From assembly GCA_964505975.1 (NCBI GenBank), contig CAZDLW010000003.1:2947-66946 (forward strand): a DNA stretch of 64,000 nucleotides, in the 5' to 3' direction. Below the pieces are notes generated by a model that was not told the origin of the DNA, did no database searches, and saw only the letters and a list, made by a program, of their open reading frames with translations. The translations under genes were made by a program, and so were the position numbers. Below are positions 50,337 through 59,218 of the stretch, piece by piece (position 1 is the first letter of the stretch; the number at the start of each line of letters is the position of its first letter). This stretch comes from an uncultured Bifidobacteriaceae bacterium. Lineage in GTDB: Bacteria > Acidobacteriota > Vicinamibacteria > Vicinamibacterales > UBA2999.

Positions 50337-51242
50337 ATGAACGTGGCGAACTGTGCGTCTCTCGTGCGTTGGCTTGCGGGCGAGACCAACGTGATCAGGC
50401 TGAAAGCCTGGCGCGATCTCTATCGGCGCGGCGTGCTGTTCAGGTATTTGGTGGGCCGGTCCCTCGTCGCCGTGGATCTGTCGCAGTGGTTGGATATTCA
50501 GCGCAACGGTTACAAGCTCCGGTTTTTTCCATCAGCCCTCTCCGTTGCCATGTGGACAGACTCCAGTTACTTTCGAGAAGATGAAGAGCTTCTCATACAC
50601 TACTTACGGCCGGGCGACACCGTGATTGACGTTGGTGCCAATATCGGCGCGATTACCCTGGCAGCCGCTCAGGTCGTTGGCGAGACTGGTCGAGTCGTCG
50701 CCATCGAAGCGCATCCTCGGACGTTCGCGTACTTGCGTGAGAACGTACGTCTGAACGAGAGAGCGAACGTAGATCTGCACAACGTGGCGATTGGCAGTGA
50801 GCCGGGACGGATTTGGTTTACCGACTACCGCTTGGATGAGCAGAATCACGTTGTGACGGATGGCCAGGGGTTCGAGGTGGCGGCCGTGCCACTGGATGAT
50901 CTGGCGCGCGACGTTGTACGTGTAGCGCTACTGAAGGTTGACGTGGAGGGATACGAGCGGGCGGTATTCGAAGGGGCCGTGCAGGTACTTGGCAGGACTG
51001 AAGCCGTGCTCTTTGAGTCTTGGGAGCGGCACTTCCGCAAGTACGGCGACACGACCTCGGATGTTCTGACATTACTGCGCGGATGCGGGTTCGAGCTGTT
51101 TCGCACGGCGCCGGGCCTCACACCGATTCCAGACGACTATGTTTCACAGCGGTGCGAGAACCTTCTCGCTCTGCGCCCTCCGGCGCTCGAACGGTTGAGA
51201 CCGCCATTGATGCGGTCGTCTGGCAGTGCGTCCGCGGCCTGA
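50337..51242 (+). CDS. FkbM-family methyltransferase; start uncertain
   Basis: LRPGDTVIDVGANIG, G.V.AIEAHP, LDD, LLKVDVEGYE. Confidence 0.9.
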   Translation: MNVANCASLVRWLAGETNVIRLKAWRDLYRRGVLFRYLVGRSLVAVDLSQWLDIQRNGYKLRFFPSALSVAMWTDSSYFREDEELLIHYLRPGDTVIDVGANIGAITLAAAQVVGETGRVVAIEAHPRTFAYLRENVRLNERANVDLHNVAIGSEPGRIWFTDYRLDEQNHVVTDGQGFEVAAVPLDDLARDVVRVALLKVDVEGYERAVFEGAVQVLGRTEAVLFESWERHFRKYGDTTSDVLTLLRGCGFELFRTAPGLTPIPDDYVSQRCENLLALRPPALERLRPPLMRSSGSASAA

Positions 51243-51520
51243 TCGTTCGAGCGACATCGAACTAGACATGGTCCAGCAACGATTGCTCTCGGTACGACGA
51301 GCGGCTGGTTGGGGCTGTGCGCCCAGTCGTGTCCTCTGAGTTCCACTCGTCGATGTCCGCTCGAAGGCGGCTTGAGTCGCCTTCAGGGCGAAGGCAAGTT
51401 GTTCCGAGTTCTCCGAAGGAACTTCCCGGTCGTCGCGAGACTGACATCACCACGGCTCAACAGGTGCGGAAGCGCGATTGTCTCGCCTCGGCCGGGGTCT
51501 ATGAGGAGGTGTGCTAGCCG

Positions 51521-52591
51521 ATGAAGCCCGACGCGACACGGTTTTTCGTCTGTCCTGAGTGCTACGGAGATCTTTGCCTGCAGAGTGCGGACAGTCGCGA
51601 AGTCATCGAGGGACAGCTCGATTGCGGATGTGGCCGATCGTACCCGGTTGTGCGTGGCGTGCCGCGCTTTGTCTCGAGCGAGGACTACGCCGACACCTTT
51701 GGACGACAATGGACGCGCTGGGCGCGCACGCAGCACGACAGCCTCAACGGAACGAGGATCTTTCGCGGACGCCTCGAAAGCTACACGGGATGGACTCCCG
51801 AGGCGCTGGCTGACGAGGTCATCGTGGACGCGGGTTGTGGACCAGGTGGGTTCATCGATGTCATCGAGCGGCATGTCCGAGCGGTCATCGGGTTCGACTT
51901 GTCGAAGGCGATCGATGCGTGTTATGAGCTGCACGGACGAAGCCCGTCCGTCTATCTGGCGCAAGCGGACATCTTCAGGCCGCCGGTTCGGCCAGGTGTC
52001 GCCGATCGACTCTTCACCTTCGGCGTTGTCCAGCACACGCCGGATCCGGAGCGCGCGTTCCGATCGCTCGTCCCGCTCGTGAGACCCGGTGGCGAGATCG
52101 CCGTGTGGGTCTACCGACGTTACTTCATCCCACAGCCCGCCTACTGGCTTCGCCGCGTCACGGCAGGTATGCCAGAGCCGAAAGCCACGCACTTCATCGA
52201 GTGGTATGTCCCGAAAGCGCTGGCCGTCGCCACTCTCCTTGGTCACGTTCCCCTGATTGGGCGTCAGCTCCGCCGGCTCGTGCCGGTCGCGGACTACCGC
52301 CAGACGCTTTCCTTGACCGAGGATCAGCATCGCGAGTGGTCGTTGATGGATACGCATGACGGTCTCATCACGCGATTCACCTTCCCCCAGCGCTGGCGGG
52401 ACCTGGAGCGGTGGATGGCCGATCTCGAAGGCGTGCGGCGTCCGGACCCGAAGCAAATGGCGGCTGTGGCACGGTTGCCTGGGCCTCCTGCAACTGCCCA
52501 ACCGGACCCTGCGGTTGTTGGCCCCCTTCACCTTCTGCCAGGAAGCTCGGGGCGAGCTGCAGAGCGCGTGCGTATGGACAGGGAGCGATGA
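51521..52591 (+). CDS. Class I SAM methyltransferase with N-terminal Trm112-like zinc module
   Basis: CPEC...EGQLDCGCGRSYPVVRGVPRF, FG.QW, VDAGCGPG, FGVVQHTPDP; GAGGAGG RBS. Confidence 0.85.
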   Translation: MKPDATRFFVCPECYGDLCLQSADSREVIEGQLDCGCGRSYPVVRGVPRFVSSEDYADTFGRQWTRWARTQHDSLNGTRIFRGRLESYTGWTPEALADEVIVDAGCGPGGFIDVIERHVRAVIGFDLSKAIDACYELHGRSPSVYLAQADIFRPPVRPGVADRLFTFGVVQHTPDPERAFRSLVPLVRPGGEIAVWVYRRYFIPQPAYWLRRVTAGMPEPKATHFIEWYVPKALAVATLLGHVPLIGRQLRRLVPVADYRQTLSLTEDQHREWSLMDTHDGLITRFTFPQRWRDLERWMADLEGVRRPDPKQMAAVARLPGPPATAQPDPAVVGPLHLLPGSSGRAAERVRMDRER

Positions 52592-53532
52592 GGGACACCG
52601 TCACGTTCTCGATCGTCATCCCGACCTACAATCGCGCGCCGTTCGTGACCCGTGCCATCGCCAGCTGCCTGCGCCAGCGCCATTCGGCGTTCGAGGTCCT
52701 TGTCGTCGACGACGGGTCGAGCGACGGGACCGCGGGCGCGGTTTCCGAAATCACCGATCCTCGAGTGCGGCTCTTCGTTCAACCAGTCAATCGCGGCGTG
52801 TCTCCCGCGCGGAATCTCGCAGTCGAGCGTGCGCGCGGCGAGTGGATTGTGTGCCTGGACAGCGACGACGAACTGACCTCCGATGCGCTCGCGCTCATGG
52901 ACGGGGAGATGCAGTGGGCGCCAGAGGGCGTGCAGGCGTTTCGCTTCATGTGCCGCTTCGACGACGGCTCCCTCTCCCCTGCCCCCCCGTTGCGCCGGGA
53001 GGTGTGGGATTACGAGGCGTATCTCCGATGGGCGGAGGACGTGTGTCTTCGCGGCGCGCAGGAGACATTACTCTGCATCAGGCGCCAGACGTTCGATACC
53101 GTCCGGTTTCCCGACGGGCACGCCCTGGAACCGCTGTACCATATGGACTTCGCCTCACGCTTTCTGACGGCGAGCAGTCCTGCTGTTGCGCGTCTCTATC
53201 ACAGCGATGCACCCGACCAGTTGACGCGGCCGAACGTGGCACGGACGCTCGCAACAGCGGTCGACCATGCCAGAAGCCTCGAAACGCTGTTGGAGCGTCA
53301 CGGCGAGGCACTGGCACGCTGGGCTCCGGGTCTGTTCGCCATGTACACTCGTGGACTTGCCACCCAGCAGTTTCTCGCCGGCGATCGCATAGCGGGCGTC
53401 AGAACGATCCATCGACTGATTCGTACGAGAGGCGGGTCAGTAGGCGCGTGGACGGTCCTCGGCTTGGGACTGATCGGCCGTCGCACGCTGGCGCACGCCC
53501 AGGCGCATCGGAGGCGCGCGCGAGCGTCTTGA
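52588..53532 (+). CDS. GT2 glycosyltransferase
   Basis: FSIVIPTYNR, VVDDGSSDGT, NRGVSPARN, LDSDD. Confidence 0.9.
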   Translation: MRDTVTFSIVIPTYNRAPFVTRAIASCLRQRHSAFEVLVVDDGSSDGTAGAVSEITDPRVRLFVQPVNRGVSPARNLAVERARGEWIVCLDSDDELTSDALALMDGEMQWAPEGVQAFRFMCRFDDGSLSPAPPLRREVWDYEAYLRWAEDVCLRGAQETLLCIRRQTFDTVRFPDGHALEPLYHMDFASRFLTASSPAVARLYHSDAPDQLTRPNVARTLATAVDHARSLETLLERHGEALARWAPGLFAMYTRGLATQQFLAGDRIAGVRTIHRLIRTRGGSVGAWTVLGLGLIGRRTLAHAQAHRRRARAS

Positions 53533-53847
53533 AGTCTCGTCAACAACGTGTCGCGTCGCGGTGCGATTCGCCAACGTCGCCACAGCGGTCTGGTGTTCCG
53601 ATCCGGACGCGGGTCAGTCCGTGTCCTCGTGTCCCGATGGCGTCCTGGTGCTGAAGGTCGCCCAACGGCAGTGGATGCTCAGAGCTTCACTCCCCGGTGA
53701 CTTGCCCCGGTCCTCGGTCCGGTTCCGTCGCTCCCACGACGGCGGCTTGGAACGCTCAGAGCCGATGACATACCGGCGCCCCGTGCGGTCCCGCATGATG
53801 GACACAATGCGACAACACAGTCGAGTCTCCTGCCGGCGGATAGCTTC

Positions 53848-56256
53848 ATGAAATCAGTAGTTGTTGGTATGGAGGCCTCCGGCCGGGATGGGGTCCAGAG
53901 GTGGCAGATCGGCCTGTATCTGATCTTCTTCGTGGGTGGCATGCCAGCGCTGATCTATCAAGTGGCGTGGCAGCGCGTGCTGACCCTCTACTTCGGCGTC
54001 GACATCTATTCCACATCTGTGATCGTCGCCACGTTCATGTTTGGCCTGGGTATCGGTTCCCTCATTGGCGGGTGGCTCGCTGACCGCGTGTCGAAGCCGG
54101 TGATGTACTACGCCGGTATCGAGGTCCTGATGGGCGGCTTCGGGTTCCTGAGCGTGCCACTATTTTCCGCCGTGGGGCAGTGGCTCGGCGGCGGAGCCCT
54201 CGCGACAGTCATCGTCGTGGACTTCGTACTGCTGCTCGTGCCGACAACGCTCATGGGCATGACGCTTCCTCTCATGTGCCGCGTGATTATCGGCCAGGAT
54301 CGCACGATCGGCCGCCACCTTTCCTGGCTGTACGGCGTGAACACGCTCGGTGCCGCAGTCGGTGCACTGGTGTCGGCGTACGTACTCATCGGAATCGTCG
54401 GCCTCGACGGCGCCACTCGGCTCGCTGCGTGGTTGAACATCGTTTTGGCGGTAGCGGTGTACGTCCTTGTCGCCAGTATGGGGGCGGGCGTCGCGAGAGA
54501 ACAGACGGCCGTCGCGCCAGCGTCCGTCCCGGAACAGCACTCTCGAGACAGCGGAGGACAGACGGTTCTGGACTACCGGTGGGTACTCGTGTTCGCTGGC
54601 CTGTCCGGCTTCACGGCTCTTGGGTACGAGATTGTTTGGTACCGAGTTCTCGGCATCATCCTGCACAGCACGGTCTATGTCTTCGGAACGATTCTCTTCT
54701 TCTTCCTCGCCGGCATGGCGGTGGGCTCACTGCTGGCCCGTAAGCATATCGACGCCGGCCGATGCATCGAGCGCTTTGGCCTGTGCCAGCTCGGCATCAG
54801 CGCATACGCATTCGTGCTCTTCACGCTACTTGGTCACTTCAGTGGATTGCCGGGAGTGCGACACGTCCTCGCGGCGTCGTTCTTCACGACGTTCCATCCG
54901 TCGCCGGAGCTGATCGCCGGGCACGTCGATCTCTTTTCCCTGTACTCCGTCGCCTCGATCGGGATCTGGGCGCTTGTGATCGTCGGCGTACCGGCGGTTC
55001 TGATGGGCTACGGCTTCACGAATCTGATGCGCGAAGGTGCCCAACACGTGCAGAGACTTGGGCGTGCGATCGGCGGAGTGTACTTCGCGAACATTCTGGG
55101 GTCGACCCTCGGAAGTCTGACGATTGGCTTCGGCGTCATTCATTACGCCGGCAGCGAGGCAGCCTTGAAGCTCCTGATCGTCTTGGGCACGCTCGTGCCC
55201 TTGGTCATCTTCATGAGGGCACGACCGGTTGCGGGATCGTCGCGAGGGTCGAGGGCCGCGGCGCCACGCCGTTTGGTGGTGGCCGCCATCGCGCTCGTGA
55301 TGCTCGCGGTATTCACATTCCCGGGCAGGACCGCGATTATCAAGGCCATTCACCTCGCCGATTTCGAGATGGTGGACTTCATGGGGCTGGAGGACCGGAC
55401 GGGCGTGTCGGTGCTGCGCCGCCAGCACGAGATCATCGCGTTTTCCCAAGAGCAGATCGTGTTGGGAGAAGAGCGCCTGTACATCGACGGCTCCCATCAT
55501 GGTCAGGCGCCGACTACGGGGCTCCAGGAGGACGGCGGCGTGACCGTGGCCCTCGCTGCTCACGAGGCGCCTCGGCGCGTCCTCGCCATCGGCCTCGGTG
55601 ACGGCCAGATGGCGTTGTCGGCTGTCCGGTCACCGGACGTGGAAGAAGTCGTCATCGTCGAGTTGAACGGTACTCTCGACCGTGTATTGTTGCGGACGAG
55701 CCAAGGACGGACCGTGTTGAGCTCGGAAAAGACGAAATATGTCGTCGATGACGGCAGACGATGGCTGCTCGCGAACCCCGACGAGAAATTCGATCTGATC
55801 ATGATGTTTCCCTTGCACGCCGCGCATGCACATAGTGGAACTCTGTACTCAATCGAGTTCTTCGGCCTGCTCACGAAACATCTCAACCATGGTGGAATCG
55901 TGTTCTTGAGAACGACCGACCTGTATTCGACAGCAAGAACGCTTGCGTTCGCGTTTCCACACGTGCTCCGGCTTGGCGACAGCGCCTATCTCGCGAGCAC
56001 GGGAAGCATGCGGTTCCGAGTTGATCGGTTGCCGTCTTCGCCTGAAGAGGTTCCACAACTTATCAGGGCCGACCGCCGCGACATTCTCGCCCACACGGAG
56101 CAGGCGCGGATCAACACGGACCTGCGGCCGAATAGCGAGTACTACATCACATACCCATTCGTGGCCGCTCTACAGACGAGGATACGGCCACCTGAGCCGT
56201 ACAAATCTGAACCGGCGCACCGGTTTCGGGGGCTCATCGGCGGAGGAGTGGAGTGA
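53848..56256 (+). CDS. Fused MFS-like membrane domain / spermidine-synthase-like SAM-fold protein
   Basis: LIYQVAW.R.L, PT.LMG.TLP, LYGVNTLG repeated as YFANILGS; C-terminal LYIDG, VLAIGLGDG, VELN, DDGR.WL, FDLI. Confidence 0.85.
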   Translation: MKSVVVGMEASGRDGVQRWQIGLYLIFFVGGMPALIYQVAWQRVLTLYFGVDIYSTSVIVATFMFGLGIGSLIGGWLADRVSKPVMYYAGIEVLMGGFGFLSVPLFSAVGQWLGGGALATVIVVDFVLLLVPTTLMGMTLPLMCRVIIGQDRTIGRHLSWLYGVNTLGAAVGALVSAYVLIGIVGLDGATRLAAWLNIVLAVAVYVLVASMGAGVAREQTAVAPASVPEQHSRDSGGQTVLDYRWVLVFAGLSGFTALGYEIVWYRVLGIILHSTVYVFGTILFFFLAGMAVGSLLARKHIDAGRCIERFGLCQLGISAYAFVLFTLLGHFSGLPGVRHVLAASFFTTFHPSPELIAGHVDLFSLYSVASIGIWALVIVGVPAVLMGYGFTNLMREGAQHVQRLGRAIGGVYFANILGSTLGSLTIGFGVIHYAGSEAALKLLIVLGTLVPLVIFMRARPVAGSSRGSRAAAPRRLVVAAIALVMLAVFTFPGRTAIIKAIHLADFEMVDFMGLEDRTGVSVLRRQHEIIAFSQEQIVLGEERLYIDGSHHGQAPTTGLQEDGGVTVALAAHEAPRRVLAIGLGDGQMALSAVRSPDVEEVVIVELNGTLDRVLLRTSQGRTVLSSEKTKYVVDDGRRWLLANPDEKFDLIMMFPLHAAHAHSGTLYSIEFFGLLTKHLNHGGIVFLRTTDLYSTARTLAFAFPHVLRLGDSAYLASTGSMRFRVDRLPSSPEEVPQLIRADRRDILAHTEQARINTDLRPNSEYYITYPFVAALQTRIRPPEPYKSEPAHRFRGLIGGGVE

Positions 56257-56930
56257 ATCGGGCTCTCTATTCCCGACTGGTCAAGCGTGTGTTTGACGCC
56301 ATCGGTGCCGGCACGTTGTTGGTCATCGCTGCTCCGGTCATGGCCGGAATCGCGGTCACGATTTGGGCGACCATGGGACGACCGGTTCTATATGGGCAGG
56401 TGCGTCCGGGGCTTCATGAACGGCCGTTTCGTGTCTGGAAATTCCGGACGATGTCAGAGGCGAGAGACAGCGATGGACGACTTCTCTCCGACGGCGAGCG
56501 GCTGACGGCCGTTGGGCGGTGGCTTCGCGAACGGAGTCTGGACGAGCTTCCACAGTTGCTCAACGTGCTCGTGGGCGACATGAGCCTGGTCGGTCCGCGT
56601 CCGCTCCTTCTGAGATATCTGGATCGGTACTCTCCCAACCAGCGACGCCGGCATGCCGTACGGCCTGGCATCACAGGCTGGGCGCAGGTCAACGGGCGCA
56701 ATGCAGCCGACTGGGACATGCGCCTCGAGTACGATGTGTGGTACGCGCAGAACGCCTCGTTGACGCTCGACTGCCGGATCCTCTTGTTGACGGTTCGGAG
56801 CCTGCTCGATCGCGGCGACGTCTTCGCTGGTGCAGGGGCTGAACTGGATGAGTTTTGGGGCACTCACGGCGTGCCAGGTGCTGGACCGCGCGCCTACCCG
56901 GTGGAGTCTGACGAGCGGACGCGACGATGA
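56253..56930 (+). CDS. Monotopic phosphoglycosyl transferase (PglC-like initiating sugar transferase)
   Basis: KRVFD, Q.RPG, KFRTM, SLDELPQL.NVL.GDMSLVGPRP, RPGITGWAQVNGRN. Confidence 0.95.
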   Translation: MNRALYSRLVKRVFDAIGAGTLLVIAAPVMAGIAVTIWATMGRPVLYGQVRPGLHERPFRVWKFRTMSEARDSDGRLLSDGERLTAVGRWLRERSLDELPQLLNVLVGDMSLVGPRPLLLRYLDRYSPNQRRRHAVRPGITGWAQVNGRNAADWDMRLEYDVWYAQNASLTLDCRILLLTVRSLLDRGDVFAGAGAELDEFWGTHGVPGAGPRAYPVESDERTRR

Positions 56931-57165
56931 AGACCCAGGGAGAGTTCTGGTGGGCGACTTAGGAGTGTCGTCGTCACCGGGGGTCTTTCTGGCTGGACTA
57001 CTCACACGACCGCGTGCAGGTACAGACGTTCGGAGTCGCGCTCCAGACGGCCGGTTCCGTCAAGGGAGCTGAGTATATGAAAGGACCATTGGCCCTCTCG
57101 CAGCACCGGAGAGAGTGTCGTCGTTCCAGCGACCGTATGCTCCGCACCTGGCCGTGGTTGCCAGC

Positions 57166-58740
57166 CTAATGGACGATCCGTACGTTTGGAGGAGGTGGCG
57201 GAGGCTCCACTTCGGATACCGATCGAGACTGTAGCCATCGGGGTTCCAGCAGTCTGGCGAAGTCCTCCAGCCACATTTCGATATTCGTTCGAAACTTCTG
57301 GCCAGGCGCGACGGTGTGAGGATTCGCTGGAACGTCGAGCAATCGGATATGTTGCGCCAGAATGGGATGTCCGCCCATATCGCTTTCACTCTTGACCCTT
57401 CCACCCATGTTGTTGGTGTCGCGAGTGAGCCCGGCCTGGGCCTGAGCAACGGCGGCCTGATCGACGCGATCACGATCGAGCGGGCGAGCGCCGGCATTGG
57501 CGAACACGAATGCGGGCACATCCTCGGTCGCGAGGATGGAGTAGTTGAACTGAGCATGCCAGGACGGCTCGGCACTTGGCGCCAACGCGGAACGCAATGT
57601 GTTGAGGTCGGTGACGCCGGCGTATCGTGAGCCGAGGTTGTTGCAGACCGTGCTCGGCAGCACTCCGGCCCACTGTCCGTCTTCATCGGGACCGGTGAAC
57701 CCGTCTTTCAGATGCGGCGATTGATTCCCACGCATCCACAGTTCGTGGCGTTGATAAGTCAGATTGTCTCGATTGATGTTGAGGAAGAACGGCTTCTGAG
57801 ACGTGGAGCTCCCGTTCCCGATGCCTTGCGACGGAATGACCACGTTATTGACGTAAGCCAAGTACGAGCTATGTTTGGCGTCGGTGTCGGTACTGTGTCC
57901 ACCTCCGCAGGAATTGGGCCAGAACATCGTAAACGTATAGTCTTCTGCCTCGTCACCGGGGCCAGAACCGTATATCACATTGTTGAACATACTGCCGAGA
58001 GAGGCGATTTGACCGCCAGGTCCTGTAATCGGCTGCCGATGACTGTTGTGAACATATAGATTTCTCGCGTGTGTAGCACGCTCTCGAATCGCGCCGCCCA
58101 TGCCAGTGTAGGAGCCACCGCGATCGAGACCAAACGCACCAATGGAATCAAGTACGCTCGAGTCCGATGAAAATATCAACCAGTTCATATACATGTTCCA
58201 CGCGACCGACACATGGTCCAAGATGACATGACTCGAGGAGTAACCGATCCCCCCATCCATCCCAGACTGGATCGTCCCCCATCCTCCTAGCGGCATTCCA
58301 CCCGTGCCTGTACGAAACCGAAGATGCTGCACAACCACATGAGAGGTCGTGATCACGAGCGGCCAGCCACGGATGTTGATGCCCGGTGACGGCGCTGTCT
58401 GCCCAGCGATCGTGATATAGGGGCTCCTGACGTAGAGCGTCGACCGCAACGCAATCGTCCCACTCGTCTCGAAAATGACGATACGTGGACCAGCGGCCTC
58501 CACCGCGGCCCTGAGCGATCCAGGTCCGCTGTCGCTCAGGTTCGTGACTCGAAGAATGGCTCCGCCGCGTCCGCCAGGTGTGTCGATGCCGTACCCCTGA
58601 TAATGCGGGCGGTAGCCTCCGTAATCGGGCGTCGACGTGCCCATGGAGGAGCCTGGTTGCACTAGAGCGCCGGCTAACACGATGGTCGCGGCTAGTCTCA
58701 CGCGATGAGCACGTATCTGAGGCACGGGATCGAACTCCAC
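57166..58740 (-). CDS. Secreted pectate-lyase (PL1)-like beta-helix protein; start uncertain
   Basis: GYG..TPGGRGG...VTNLSDSGPGSLRAA, PRIVIFETSGTI, TIAGQTAPSPGI, HLRFR.G, DHVSV.W, HNSHRQP, AGARP.DRD.VD. Confidence 0.8.
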   Translation of the reverse strand: MEFDPVPQIRAHRVRLAATIVLAGALVQPGSSMGTSTPDYGGYRPHYQGYGIDTPGGRGGAILRVTNLSDSGPGSLRAAVEAAGPRIVIFETSGTIALRSTLYVRSPYITIAGQTAPSPGINIRGWPLVITTSHVVVQHLRFRTGTGGMPLGGWGTIQSGMDGGIGYSSSHVILDHVSVAWNMYMNWLIFSSDSSVLDSIGAFGLDRGGSYTGMGGAIRERATHARNLYVHNSHRQPITGPGGQIASLGSMFNNVIYGSGPGDEAEDYTFTMFWPNSCGGGHSTDTDAKHSSYLAYVNNVVIPSQGIGNGSSTSQKPFFLNINRDNLTYQRHELWMRGNQSPHLKDGFTGPDEDGQWAGVLPSTVCNNLGSRYAGVTDLNTLRSALAPSAEPSWHAQFNYSILATEDVPAFVFANAGARPLDRDRVDQAAVAQAQAGLTRDTNNMGGRVKSESDMGGHPILAQHIRLLDVPANPHTVAPGQKFRTNIEMWLEDFARLLEPRWLQSRSVSEVEPPPPPPNVRIVH

Positions 58741-58980
58741 TGGATAGGGATGATAGCGACTCGCTGGAGCAAGCTTGCCTCCAGAGACAGATTACCTGGA
58801 CCTGCACATTCTCGCACCTTCAGACCACGAGGCGGCACCACTTCGACCATGATTCCGTTACCATCTCGACAACATTCCCACACTTGTGTCGGGTCAGGTC
58901 ACGAAGCGTGGGTGTTGGGCATGTGCGGGCTACGCTCCGGTCTCCGACAGCCTCCCCTACTATCGTCGTTGCCGTTCCGG

Positions 58981-58996
58981 TGGTATAGCCCATGCT
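58981..58996 (+). promoter_or_regulatory. Candidate sigma-54 (or extended -10) promoter upstream of GT4-acetyltransferase-GT4 unit
   Basis: TGGTATAGCCCATGCT: GG-N10-GC. Confidence 0.35.
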
Positions 58997-59218
58997 ATAG
59001 CTGATGGGACCGTCTCGGGTAGCTCGAGTTGTGCGAAGGGCCCGACAGCAGGATCGATGGTTCAGCACGATAGAAGAGGGATACGGAGGTCTGATGCGGT
59101 GGAAGGTCTGAGACTGGCAAGTGTCGCGCCAGGAGTTTCGACAGTGCCGGACGTGGCGTCGAGGATCGAAGGCGTCTCGGAACGAGCTCGTCATGGCGCC
59201 AGGCAGGGCTTCACGTCA

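Noticed and set aside
53528-53544. CTTGAA-N5-GTCAAC as a third operator copy
   Set aside because: The spacing differs by one base, there are two mismatches, and it overlaps a stop codon.
57077-57169. 30-codon ORF MKGPLALSQH... with upstream GGGAG
   Set aside because: Short, with no motif and atypical codons; indistinguishable from chance.
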